Below, one piece after another: positions 10,031-19,521 of a stretch of DNA of 55,693 nt. The position numbers were made by a program, and so were the translations under genes. Position 1 is the stretch's first letter. Each line of letters begins with the position of its first letter. The stretch covers positions 1 to 55,693 of the forward strand of contig LRSL01000031.1 in NCBI GenBank assembly GCA_001563335.1. The letters are read 5' to 3'. The notes below the pieces were generated by a model that saw nothing but the letters and a program-made list of their open reading frames with translations, searched no databases and was not told the DNA's origin. Origin of the DNA: Candidatus Thorarchaeota archaeon SMTZ1-45 (lineage in GTDB: Archaea > Asgardarchaeota > Thorarchaeia > Thorarchaeales > Thorarchaeaceae).

Positions 10031-11032
10031 ATGGCAATTGTGTCCATTGTGAAAGACAAGAATATAAGAATCGCAATTCTCAGGGTGATTCATCACATTG
10101 GTGGGATGGAGAGTTTTGTTCAATCAGGGGATAAAGTGGTAATCAAACCAAACCTAGTCTTTGGCTTACCTCCATTTACCGGCTTCACGACAGATTACCC
10201 GACTGTTCAGGCCATTCTACAATTATGCCAAAGAATGAATCCTTCGGAAATCATTATTGCTGAGGGTTCAGGGGGAATTGATACAAAACTGGCCTTCAGA
10301 ATCAGTGGATACATAGAGTTGGCTGAGAAGTATGGAGCGAAATTGATAGATTTGAATGAAAGTCCTGCAGCAAATGTGCCAGTTCCAAGCGGTCACACAA
10401 TCCAGGAGTTGCATGTTCCGCAAATCATCCTAGATTGTGATGTTTTAATCAATGTGCCAAAACTCAAGCTATACAGGCGCGTTCCAGGAAAAAGTGATTG
10501 GGCTAGCTTAGCTGTCAAGAATCTTATGGGAGCCCTCCCTGGAAAGGGTGATTACTCAGATGATCGCCCCTCTGGTTTCTGCCTTCAACTTTCCAAGGAA
10601 TTCTGGTCTACCAAGGGCAAGTATTACCATCCCACATATCAACAATGGTGGAGCCCAAGTGGGGAAAAAAGACGGATTCATACTAATTTAGCTCAAGGTT
10701 TGGTTGACATTAACACAGTGATTAAGCCAACCCTCAGCATAATCGATGCTATAGTTGTTAGCTATGATGTAGATATGACAAATACAATAGGTCAGGAACC
10801 ATTCAACCTAAACACGATCCTTGCTAGCCAAGATCCCCTGGCCCTTGATTGCATCGCAACAAGAATAGCAGAATTAGACCCTTTCAACATATCATATCTC
10901 AAACTCGCAGCAGAAAGGGGAATAGGTGAGTCGGACTATAGCAATATTCGAATACTTGGAACCCCACTGGCAAGAATAATCAAGGCATGGAAAGAAGGAT
11001 TGGCTACTCGGGTATATCCAGAAGAAAGTTGA
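10031..11032 (+). CDS. DUF362 family protein
   Basis: GDKVVIKPNL, INVPKLK, AVKNLMG, IIDAI and DPLALD motifs; GAGGTGA RBS. Confidence 0.85.
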   Translation: MAIVSIVKDKNIRIAILRVIHHIGGMESFVQSGDKVVIKPNLVFGLPPFTGFTTDYPTVQAILQLCQRMNPSEIIIAEGSGGIDTKLAFRISGYIELAEKYGAKLIDLNESPAANVPVPSGHTIQELHVPQIILDCDVLINVPKLKLYRRVPGKSDWASLAVKNLMGALPGKGDYSDDRPSGFCLQLSKEFWSTKGKYYHPTYQQWWSPSGEKRRIHTNLAQGLVDINTVIKPTLSIIDAIVVSYDVDMTNTIGQEPFNLNTILASQDPLALDCIATRIAELDPFNISYLKLAAERGIGESDYSNIRILGTPLARIIKAWKEGLATRVYPEES

Positions 11033-11039
11033 AGAACCC

Positions 11040-11069
11040 AAAAAATCGAAAGGGGGTATTTCACCCCCT
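11040..11069 (-). terminator. Hairpin terminator between convergent DUF362 and dodecin genes
   Basis: AGGGGGT-atttc-ACCCCCT (11051-11069), followed on the minus strand by a T6 run. Confidence 0.55.
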
Positions 11070-11091
11070 ATTCCGGAATTGTCTTCTACTT

Positions 11092-11304
11092 TCATTCCTT
11101 CTCATACTTGAAGCTCAAAGAAACTCGTGCCCGATAGGCAGCGATTTTACCATTTTCAATCTTCACATCGAGGTCTTTGACCTCAGCGATTCTGAGATCG
11201 CGAAGACTTGCAGATGCTTTTGTAATAACACTGCTAACAGCGTCTTCCCAACTTTTCGTGCTGGTTCCAACTAGGTCGATTATCTTGTAGACACTTTCAT
11301 CCAT
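11092..11304 (-). CDS. Dodecin family flavin-binding protein
   Basis: 70 aa; SVYKIIDLVGTS..SWEDAV...YRARVSLSFK is the dodecin signature. Confidence 0.9.
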   Translation of the reverse strand: MDESVYKIIDLVGTSTKSWEDAVSSVITKASASLRDLRIAEVKDLDVKIENGKIAAYRARVSLSFKYEKE

Positions 11305-11373
11305 TAGAGAACATCCTCCTTATGGTAGTAATACCAATTGGGATTCCTTGAACAAAAGCATTGCCTTGTTTCT

Positions 11374-12177
11374 TTATCCCTTCTTTCCAATGAGGTAAAT
11401 TACCGATGCTGCTGAGGATCCTTCAGCTTTTACTTTTTCCTTGAGCAATTCTGCCTCTGCTCTGATTTCTTGATAAAACGGGTGTTTACAGACTCTGGAC
11501 AAAGCCTCGTCAATTTGCTTCAGAACTGAATCGATTTGATCAGAGCATTTCGGGTTTGCACAGTCATAGGCATTATCACAGAACAGACATTTGACAGCCC
11601 AGGAGGACTCGAAAACTTCTACTTCACTCAATCCAAGTCTATTGACCAAGTTTTTCAGTTTCTGTCTAGTCAGAGTTTCGAAATGGGGAATGCCCAATAG
11701 AGAGTCAACTTTCACTTCTAAATGATGAACGAGTTTGTCCACCTTCTGAGCTGGCGTCTGTTCTCCATCAGAGTACATCTCTTGTATGATGAAGTGACCC
11801 CCAGGCTTCAGCACTCGATACATCTCAGACAATACTGCGTCAATATTCTCTAGATGATGAATAGTGTACGAGATACATACGGTGTCGAAATGATTGTCTT
11901 GAAAAGTCAAAGTTTCAGCATTCATCTCTATGAAATTTGCAGCAATGTCTTTGAAGTTCTCTCTTGCTTTCTTCAGATTCTCTTCTGAGATGTCGATTCC
12001 TGTGAAAGACTTGTAGTCCTTTAGCGTTTTCATTAGGACCTTGATGAAGTCACCCTCATCTGTCCCGACATCGAGAACATCTCCTCCGGAGATGGTGCCA
12101 AGTTTCTTTCTGACTTCGATTGCACCTGACCTTCTAAGTTCGTCAGGTAGGTCAGCGATCAACTCAAGAGACTCCAA
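11374..12177 (-). CDS. Class I SAM-dependent methyltransferase
   Basis: VLDVGTDEG motif I, GIDIS, FDTV, and EMYRVLKPGG; C-terminal CxxC-x4-C cluster. Confidence 0.85.
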   Translation of the reverse strand: MESLELIADLPDELRRSGAIEVRKKLGTISGGDVLDVGTDEGDFIKVLMKTLKDYKSFTGIDISEENLKKARENFKDIAANFIEMNAETLTFQDNHFDTVCISYTIHHLENIDAVLSEMYRVLKPGGHFIIQEMYSDGEQTPAQKVDKLVHHLEVKVDSLLGIPHFETLTRQKLKNLVNRLGLSEVEVFESSWAVKCLFCDNAYDCANPKCSDQIDSVLKQIDEALSRVCKHPFYQEIRAEAELLKEKVKAEGSSAASVIYLIGKKG

Positions 12178-12189
12178 ATGAGTTTCTTG

Positions 12190-13080
12190 CTATGGAGCTG
12201 TGTGTTGCAGAATTGCTTGAAGTATCTGTGGCACGACTTCAGTTGGAAAGCTGTGTCCCATTCCATCGATGATGAGTAGCTTTGCATCTGGTATGCTCTT
12301 TGCTGTGTCTTTTCCGCCTTCAACTGGAACCAGCGGGTCTATACTTCCGTGAATAACAAGAGTAGGAATCTTCACATTGGCTAATGCTTCATTACGACTT
12401 CCAGACGCAAGAACAGCTCCCAATTGCCTTGAGAATCCCTGCGGATGATAGCATCTGTCGTACGAACGTTCAGAATAGTTACGGACATACTCTTCATTCA
12501 AGGGATATGTGGAACCGTGCAGTACCTTTGCAGCTTTCAGTTGGCTTGTGATGTAGTCAGTCCGATTTGAAGCAGGGGGTGCAAGTAGAACCTCAAAAGC
12601 TTCAGGCGTTGATTGTGGTAGTTCGGGATTGCCTGTTGAAGACATTATTGATGTCAGGGTCCTTATTCGTTCAGGATAGTGAATAGCCATAGTCTGAGCT
12701 ATCATGCCACCCATTGAAACACCCACGACATCAGCTACTTCGATTCCAAGTTCGTCAAGCAGACCAATTGCATCTTCAGCCATGTCTTTCAACTTGTAGG
12801 GCACATCCACTTTTTGTCCCTGAATAAGTGACATAATGTTAGGAATACCAGCCTCTTCAAACTTCGTTGATAATCCTACATCACGATTATCAAAGCGAAT
12901 CACCCACCGACCTTGTCCAGCGAGTGCTTTACAGAATAGCTCGTCCCATCGAATCATCTGAGCACCTAGTCCCATGATTAGCAGCATAGGAGGGTCTGAA
13001 GGGTTTCCAAATGTATCATATGCAATCTCGACTTCACCAACCTTTGCAGTTTTCTCTCCACTATATGGTATTTCACTCAT
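12190..13080 (-). CDS. Alpha/beta hydrolase (esterase/lipase-like)
   Basis: FDNRDVGLS, GVSMGG nucleophile elbow, IHGSIDPLVP and GMGH. GGAGGAG RBS supports a start at 13080 (ORF track gives 13125). Confidence 0.9.
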   Translation of the reverse strand: MSEIPYSGEKTAKVGEVEIAYDTFGNPSDPPMLLIMGLGAQMIRWDELFCKALAGQGRWVIRFDNRDVGLSTKFEEAGIPNIMSLIQGQKVDVPYKLKDMAEDAIGLLDELGIEVADVVGVSMGGMIAQTMAIHYPERIRTLTSIMSSTGNPELPQSTPEAFEVLLAPPASNRTDYITSQLKAAKVLHGSTYPLNEEYVRNYSERSYDRCYHPQGFSRQLGAVLASGSRNEALANVKIPTLVIHGSIDPLVPVEGGKDTAKSIPDAKLLIIDGMGHSFPTEVVPQILQAILQHTAP

Positions 13081-13147
13081 TATTGCTCTCCTCCAACTAG
13101 GTTTTGAGATATGTGTCTCCAACATCCATATCTATCTTTTCGCTTTT

Positions 13148-14341
13148 CTAAAGTTCCGTGACCTCGAGAGGAGTTTTGGCTAGTACCTCACATCCTGACT
13201 TTGTGATTAGAATAGGAGATTCATACCTGAACCCAGCCTCATCCTCTGGGACCATGAACTGCATTGCACAAATCAACAGCTGATCAGGCTCATAGACATG
13301 GTCAGGGTCTGTCCAGTATGGCATTGGACCTGTGTTCATTCCAATTCGCCATTCATCGCCCATAACACCAATACCATGTTCAAAACCTGGAACAAGGTAC
13401 TGAGCTATCCCCTTTGTTTCAGCCCAATCCATCATATCATCGGCCATTTTACCAGGTGTCATTCCAGGACCATACATATCAATCACTTTAATGATGGTTT
13501 CAATGAAATAATCAGCTAGCTCTCTCTGTCTTTCAGATACTGGTGACAGAAGATAGTTGTGAGAATGGTCACCTAGTCCTAGCATGAACATTGCATGTAG
13601 ATCAACCATCAAGGGTTCTTCTGGTGCTGTCTTGCGCCTTGTCGCTGGAGTACATGCTCCCATTGGATATGATGTTCTATATCCGGAGGCTATCTCATTA
13701 CCTGCCGTGAAACTCCATGACCACTCACTCCCCGCCTTTCGCATTGCAGCCTCAGCAATCCCAGCAATCTCAGTTTCAGTCATGCCAACCTCAAATTGAT
13801 CTAGCACTGCCTTGTGACCAATGTCGACGATATCAGAGGCTTTCCTGAATCGATTTACAGTTCCTCTGTCCTTCTTCATAGAGAGTTCATCAATGATGTC
13901 AATCGATTGTACGAACTCAACGCCTGGGAGGCTAGTCTTCAACATTCTGAACTCTTCAGCGGTCAAATTCCCTTCCGGAAGATAACAAGACATCCCATGT
14001 TCGACACCAACTCGCCTCTCTCCAGATGTAGGTAAATGTTCGGAAACTGCATCTGCGATAACATCGATCTGATGACCACCCCCCAAGGGACCAAACCCTC
14101 TCACATCATCCAACCAGCTGTCATCTCTAACTCTTTCGGCATCAATGACAAAGGTATAGATTGTTGGTTCTTTGTCTTGAGGAATTATAATGAACGACCT
14201 CCAAGGACAAAAGACATCACCAACATAGCTTATTGTTCTTAGTCGGGAGCCAAGTAATACAGGTAGGTTCAACTCTTGCATCTTGTCTTGGACAGTGGAG
14301 AGTCGCTTCTTGTGGTCAATAGAATAATCATAGTCAGTCAT
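13148..14341 (-). CDS. M24 (Xaa-Pro peptidase/creatinase-like) family protein
   Basis: GMTETEIAG, VDL...GDHS, HGIG and GFRYES pita-bread fold motifs, plus an N-terminal creatinase-like domain. Confidence 0.8.
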   Translation of the reverse strand: MTDYDYSIDHKKRLSTVQDKMQELNLPVLLGSRLRTISYVGDVFCPWRSFIIIPQDKEPTIYTFVIDAERVRDDSWLDDVRGFGPLGGGHQIDVIADAVSEHLPTSGERRVGVEHGMSCYLPEGNLTAEEFRMLKTSLPGVEFVQSIDIIDELSMKKDRGTVNRFRKASDIVDIGHKAVLDQFEVGMTETEIAGIAEAAMRKAGSEWSWSFTAGNEIASGYRTSYPMGACTPATRRKTAPEEPLMVDLHAMFMLGLGDHSHNYLLSPVSERQRELADYFIETIIKVIDMYGPGMTPGKMADDMMDWAETKGIAQYLVPGFEHGIGVMGDEWRIGMNTGPMPYWTDPDHVYEPDQLLICAMQFMVPEDEAGFRYESPILITKSGCEVLAKTPLEVTEL

Positions 14342-14350
14342 GAAATCACC

Positions 14351-14770
14351 TCAGTAATCAGTGGGCACCTGTGCGATGATTTTGTTCAACTTATCAACAA
14401 CACTCGATAACCGAAGTGCTTTCACCATGTTCCCTTTGAGCTTGATTCTATTCCGCATCAAAGCTGACCTTGCTCCAAGCTCAGCCTTTGATATCTTCGC
14501 GAAAGTATCGTAATCACCGATAATCCTAAACTCAGGATTTTTGGATGCCACCTCATCATCATCTGTACCTACCAGAGCCTCCTCTAAAAGTCCATTCTCA
14601 AACCGGAAATACATGTAGCGTCGTTTTCCATCTGGACAATTCTCAACGATATTCACCATTGATGAGGATACGTGCTTCATCTCCTCAGCAGTGAGACTAT
14701 CTCTTACACGTGATATTACAGCATCCATCCATTCTTGTGATAGATATTCGTAATTTCCTGACATATGCAA
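14351..14770 (-). CDS. SCP2 sterol/lipid-binding domain protein
   Basis: YLSQEW and FRIIGDYDTF...ALMRNRIKLKGNMVKAL are typical of SCP2. Confidence 0.8.
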   Translation of the reverse strand: MHMSGNYEYLSQEWMDAVISRVRDSLTAEEMKHVSSSMVNIVENCPDGKRRYMYFRFENGLLEEALVGTDDDEVASKNPEFRIIGDYDTFAKISKAELGARSALMRNRIKLKGNMVKALRLSSVVDKLNKIIAQVPTDY

Positions 14771-14911
14771 CTCACCCTTGATTTAACGTAAAAGCCAGAG
14801 AAACAATAGTGGCACATATAACTTGTTACAAGACTTGCAACTATGGAAAGCGCTAGACTCATAGTTGTCTTTATTTACGTTTGTAATAATTCTAAGTGAG
14901 AGGTCTGACCC

Positions 14912-15352
14912 TTGTGGAGTCGGGCTATTATGAAAAATCCCCCGGTTGAAAGCTATCTAATCATCGGACTTGTGCTAGTACTCATATTTGGCACAATCCC
15001 ATTCAGACAGGTAGTAGAGGTTACAAAAGCCTCAGAGTACACTTCTGATAATAACAACCATATTGAAGCTGGTTTTGGTGGGCCAAGAGTCACATGGGTC
15101 AAAGTGATGTGTAATAGAACAGCTGAGATACATTTCATGTATTGGAGTGGTGTGTGGGTTTCAACTAAGAGTATTCTTCTAGCCTCGTTTAGATCAAATG
15201 TTGCAACGTACAACTTCGGAGCAGAACATGCAACTAATATGGTTGAGGTCATATCGGATGGTCCGATTCTTGTTAGAATAATCTACACTTATCTTGTTGA
15301 AACTGAATCGAGCCTCCTTACCAATCTTCTATACACTTTTGGAATACAATAG
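14912..15352 (+). CDS. Hypothetical membrane-anchored protein
   Basis: N-terminal hydrophobic helix; fills the gap between neighbouring genes. Confidence 0.55.
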   Translation: MWSRAIMKNPPVESYLIIGLVLVLIFGTIPFRQVVEVTKASEYTSDNNNHIEAGFGGPRVTWVKVMCNRTAEIHFMYWSGVWVSTKSILLASFRSNVATYNFGAEHATNMVEVISDGPILVRIIYTYLVETESSLLTNLLYTFGIQ

Positions 15353-15379
15353 TTGAGTCATGTCCTTCTATTTTCTACT

Positions 15380-16189
15380 CTATTTCATTGGTTTCACGCG
15401 GGATGCTACATCCACCCCATCATTTTCAGCTATTCTCAGAAGTAGAGGGATTAACGAAAGGTCGATGGACACAAGATAGGCCAATTTTTTCTGAGTATAG
15501 ACTCTTGCACCTGCTGTCAATAATTCCCAGAGGCGTCTGTATGAGTACTTCAGTTTGTGATATTCATTCTTCAAAATATTAAAGCCATTGGGACTGTCAA
15601 GAGCATTTCTGATTATTTGTTCAAAGTGAGAGGTATCAATCGCTATACCCTCAGAAATGAAAGACCCGTATTGTAGGTCAAATATTGTTGGCCTCATTCC
15701 AGAAACATAGTCAATGTCATCAAATGTAATGACAAAGGATGAAGGTTTTTCATCGATGAATAGAGAGTCTATCTGGTCCTTTATCACTCTACCAATGCTT
15801 TTGTTATTATGAATGAGATACAGAGTATTTCCAGCAATGAGTTGTGCAGATATATGTGCAAAAGCTTTGATTGCTTGTTCTTGTTTTTCACCAAAGGAGC
15901 TGATTATTGTATTTAGGTCAATAGCATCTTCTTTGACTGAAGTGGGTTCTTCACTCTCCAGCGATGTTTCCTCATCAACTTGGATTAGGGAGGGATACTC
16001 AACTCCTCTTGCCTTGAGGTTCATGTCTAGGTAAACAAGTATTGCATGTTGCGGATTTCCGTGAACTGATATCACAGAGATGAGACCAGTCTTCGCCTTT
16101 TCAGTATCATCTTCTGTAATCTCTAGAGGTACATTCTCCTTACAGATATTGCAGAAGACATATACTTCAGAAAGCTCACCTTCAGCCAT
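15380..16189 (-). CDS. Hypothetical protein with N-terminal CxxC...H...H putative Zn-binding domain
   Basis: CNIC...HGNPQHAILVYLDMNLKARG; GAGGT RBS. Confidence 0.65.
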   Translation of the reverse strand: MAEGELSEVYVFCNICKENVPLEITEDDTEKAKTGLISVISVHGNPQHAILVYLDMNLKARGVEYPSLIQVDEETSLESEEPTSVKEDAIDLNTIISSFGEKQEQAIKAFAHISAQLIAGNTLYLIHNNKSIGRVIKDQIDSLFIDEKPSSFVITFDDIDYVSGMRPTIFDLQYGSFISEGIAIDTSHFEQIIRNALDSPNGFNILKNEYHKLKYSYRRLWELLTAGARVYTQKKLAYLVSIDLSLIPLLLRIAENDGVDVASRVKPMK

Positions 16190-16292
16190 ATTGTATCAAC
16201 CTAGCTAGTTCTAATACTAAATAGAATCTGTATGTTATCAACGATTCTTGTACTATTTCAGTGAGAATATTATCTTGGAAGACTAGTTGTGG

Positions 16293-16823
16293 TTAACTTT
16301 TAATTTTCAATTTGAAGACTTTCTCAAACTTGTTCACTTTTGGCGCAATCACGACACGGCAATATCCCTGATTTGGATTATTCTTGTAGTAATTCTGATG
16401 ATAGTCTTCTGCTGGATAGAATAAATCAAATGGAACAATCTCAGTCACAATAGGATTTTTCCAAGTTCTGCTCTTATCGAGTTTGTCTTTTACACTTTCA
16501 GCCGCTTTCCTCTGTTCCTCTGTGTGATAGAAGATTACGGAACGATATTGAGTTCCAATATCGTTACCTTGGCGGTTTAGAGTAGTTGGATCATGTGTGT
16601 TAAAGAAGACTTCAAGTAATTCTTCGAAGGATATCTGTTCTGGGTCAAACTGAATCTGGCAGACTTCAGCGTGTCCTGTCCGACCTGTTGTCACTTGCTC
16701 ATATGTAGGGTTCTTCACATGACCGCCAGAGTATCCAGACACAACGGATGAAACACCTTTCAGCTGTTGAAATATAGCTTCTGTACACCAGAAACAACCA
16801 GAACCAAATGTTGTAGTTTCCAT
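16293..16823 (-). CDS. msrA: Peptide-methionine (S)-S-oxide reductase
   Basis: GCFWCTE active site, GYSGG, TGHAEV, RQGNDIGTQYRS and AEDYHQNYY. Confidence 0.97.
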   Translation of the reverse strand: METTTFGSGCFWCTEAIFQQLKGVSSVVSGYSGGHVKNPTYEQVTTGRTGHAEVCQIQFDPEQISFEELLEVFFNTHDPTTLNRQGNDIGTQYRSVIFYHTEEQRKAAESVKDKLDKSRTWKNPIVTEIVPFDLFYPAEDYHQNYYKNNPNQGYCRVVIAPKVNKFEKVFKLKIKS

Positions 16824-16882
16824 AGATTATGGTTCACTTTAGCATTAATCAACTAGTGGAAAGAGGAAATGAAGATGTTTTG

Positions 16883-17596
16883 TCACTCTTTAATGCCTAA
16901 TATCAAAATTTCCTTGTCGAAACCAGGTTCAATGATTTCAACAGAAAATCCACTCTTCTCCATGAGATTCTTGAATGTGCTTTTGGAGAAAACTCCCATG
17001 GGACTTGGATCAATAAAGTGCTCGGTACCATGTTCTCGTGTTGAAACTAGGAAATGGAAATCAAGATACACAATATTCCCTTCTCTTCGACTGACATTAC
17101 TCCGTGCAATTTTGATGTCAGGAAGATTCAGGCAGTTTAATCCCATTCCCTTCTCGCGAATTGTTTCTTCAGTAAATAGTGGCTCAATAATGATAACTCC
17201 TCCTGAAGTAATATGGTTTGAAAAGGACTGGATAGTATGCTGGAGCTTTTCTTTGGTTGTAAGATATGTTATAGATCCAAACAGGCAAATAATCACATCG
17301 AAAACTTGGTTTAGATCCATGGAAACCATATTACCTTGTACAAAGCTAATACCAGGACACTTCTCACGTGCAACCGATAGCATTTCTTCACTGATATCAA
17401 GACCCATTACTTGATACCTATCTTTTAGATACATGATGTGAGTACCAGTTCCACAAGCAACATCTAGCAATCTGTTCCCTGTTGTTTGTTTATACTTCTG
17501 GATGATATCATGAAGTCTGTTGGCTGCACCTTCATAGTCTATATGGGCATACATCTGATCATAATATTTCGCCAATCTGGAATAGAAGTTTCCCAT
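16883..17596 (-). CDS. Class I SAM-dependent methyltransferase
   Basis: LLDVACGTG, GLDIS and FDVIICLFGSI. A start at 17596 avoids overlap with the divergent gene (ORF track gives 17728). Confidence 0.85.
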   Translation of the reverse strand: MGNFYSRLAKYYDQMYAHIDYEGAANRLHDIIQKYKQTTGNRLLDVACGTGTHIMYLKDRYQVMGLDISEEMLSVAREKCPGISFVQGNMVSMDLNQVFDVIICLFGSITYLTTKEKLQHTIQSFSNHITSGGVIIIEPLFTEETIREKGMGLNCLNLPDIKIARSNVSRREGNIVYLDFHFLVSTREHGTEHFIDPSPMGVFSKSTFKNLMEKSGFSVEIIEPGFDKEILILGIKE

Positions 17597-17681
17597 ACTT
17601 TTAGTAGACTTTTTCTTCGAGATAAATGGAACGTATCCAGAATGGGTAAGGTTTTCACTTCGTTTATTGTTTGTCTTTGAT

Positions 17682-18113
17682 ATGGCTTTCAATCTCGATA
17701 CGTTAAGACTCTTGGTAGAAAATCTCAATGTTGGAATTTGTGTGCTAGATCAAGATGATAGAATTGTAATATTCAATCGTAAGGTAGCTGAACAACTTCA
17801 ACAAGAGGAGGATAGAATCAATTCATCCATATTGCGTTGCCATCCTGAACGTGCGGAACCAGGTGTCCTTAAGATGATTAGTGATTTAAAGAGTGGAGAG
17901 TTAGAGAAGTACGAGGGATGGGTTCATTTCATTGGAAGGCAGTTCTATGAGTATATCTATCCAATTCGTGATGCTAATGGAAATCACCTTGCAACAGTGA
18001 TGGAACTGCATGATGCGTCTGAGAGAGCAGAATATCTAAAAATCACAGAGGGGTGGGAACCTCCACCGGAACATGGAAAAGGAGAGAGTTCACCTAGAAG
18101 TCCATTTCCATAG
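17682..18113 (+). CDS. Stand-alone PAS domain protein
   Basis: LVENLNVGICVLDQDDRIVIFN, CHP and YPIRDANG...VMEL are PAS-like motifs. Confidence 0.75.
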   Translation: MAFNLDTLRLLVENLNVGICVLDQDDRIVIFNRKVAEQLQQEEDRINSSILRCHPERAEPGVLKMISDLKSGELEKYEGWVHFIGRQFYEYIYPIRDANGNHLATVMELHDASERAEYLKITEGWEPPPEHGKGESSPRSPFP

Positions 18114-18114
18114 A

Positions 18115-18633
18115 TTATTCAAATGCGTCACCTTCAATCTTATTGACTCTCAGGTTTAGCAGAATCCTCAGTAGATATACAAAGAAACCGAGGAAGCCAA
18201 GAGAGAAGCAGAGATTATAGACCAGACCACCTGCTATAAGGTCAACAAATGGATTTCCAATGATTGGGAAGAAGGGATTCATTTCTATGTAAAGGAATGA
18301 GTCTAGAAACACATGCGAGTAGGTACCAATAATACTGGCTGGTAGAATGTGCCGAAAAGACGACTTTTGTTTCAGTCCGAAGAAAGATACAAGCTCATTG
18401 AAGTATTTTCTTAAGGGGTATATCCCAAATGAGAGAAGAATTGCGACAATTGTAGCTCCAAGATACGTATGGAAAAATGCATGTAGTGGCATTTGCATAT
18501 CAAAGATTATCACAGCAAGAGGTTCAAGATCTAAAATTACACTAGCGATCATTATGGTTGCAAAGTCGATATAAGGAAAAAGGAGAACTCCAATAAATAG
18601 TGCAGGACCAAAATGGAACGGAGTGAATGGCAT
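18115..18633 (-). CDS. Membrane-bound metal-dependent hydrolase-like protein (YdjM/DUF4184-like)
   Basis: MPFTPFHFGP start, DLEP, LHAFFHT and SHVFLDS motifs with TM helices. Confidence 0.7.
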   Translation of the reverse strand: MPFTPFHFGPALFIGVLLFPYIDFATIMIASVILDLEPLAVIIFDMQMPLHAFFHTYLGATIVAILLSFGIYPLRKYFNELVSFFGLKQKSSFRHILPASIIGTYSHVFLDSFLYIEMNPFFPIIGNPFVDLIAGGLVYNLCFSLGFLGFFVYLLRILLNLRVNKIEGDAFE

Positions 18634-18704
18634 TACATATTCCCAGACTGATTTTATAGGCTGAATAATATAAGTGAGTTGAAAAATGAAAGCTCGTACC
18701 AGAT

Positions 18705-19145
18705 GTGGATTCAATGAAGAAGATGTATGTTGGAATGGGTGCTGCAATTGAGAAGGATGGCAAGTTCCTGATTCTTAAGAGGGCAGATTCAAAAGACTTC
18801 GCTCCTGGTGCATGGGAGATCATCACAGGTCGGCTTGAGGAAGAAGAGAGTCCGAGAGAAGGTATTCTAAGAGAGATATTGGAAGAAACAGGCATTAAGG
18901 CTGAGATTGTAATGCCCATAGAAACAGGTTTCTTCTATAGAGGTGGGAAAAAGTTTCCAATGGTATTCATCTCATATTGGTGCAGACATTTGAGTGGGGA
19001 TGTCACACTGTGTTGGGACCATAGTATGTTCAGATGGGTTTCTATTGATCAGATTTTAAAAGAAAAGACAATGGAACACTTCCATAGTATGTTCGAGAAA
19101 ATACTCAAGCTAAAGGAATATCTCCCAAGCGAGATTATACTTTAG
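18705..19145 (+). CDS. NUDIX hydrolase
   Basis: Nudix box GRLEEEESPREGILREILEETG. Confidence 0.92.
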   Translation: MDSMKKMYVGMGAAIEKDGKFLILKRADSKDFAPGAWEIITGRLEEEESPREGILREILEETGIKAEIVMPIETGFFYRGGKKFPMVFISYWCRHLSGDVTLCWDHSMFRWVSIDQILKEKTMEHFHSMFEKILKLKEYLPSEIIL

Positions 19146-19231
19146 TGGTCCAGAATCATCCAAATTATTCAGTTTTGAAACCATGTTTGAATTTCATGTA
19201 ATGGATGATGATGTAAGTAAATGCTGAGGTT

Positions 19232-19313
19232 GAAAAAGGAAATCCCCCGACCACCCCGTTGAGAACAGAAAGAAGGAGAACTAATCCGATCTTAATGTTC
19301 GGGAGATTTCTTG
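19232..19313 (-). ncRNA. Candidate ~75-80 nt small RNA (terminal stem, CU-rich loop)
   Basis: 12-bp stem, 19239-19250 with 19299-19310, which pairs fully (one G-U) only on the minus strand. U5 run after the stem. CGAAAAATATATTA BRE/TATA-like element about 25 nt upstream. Confidence 0.4.
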
Positions 19314-19521
19314 TTATATGTAAGATAATTACGTAATATATTTTTCGGTTCTTTATTATGTTACCAAAAGATATATTACTTGTAATGTGTAATACTATTT
19401 CAGGTGTTAAAGTGATTCAATTGCGTGATGATGACTTCAACTTGGCAAATGTTGGTTTGCATCGATTTACTGACATTGACTTCATCACTGAATCCTTACA
19501 CTAATACGGAGGAGATAGAGA

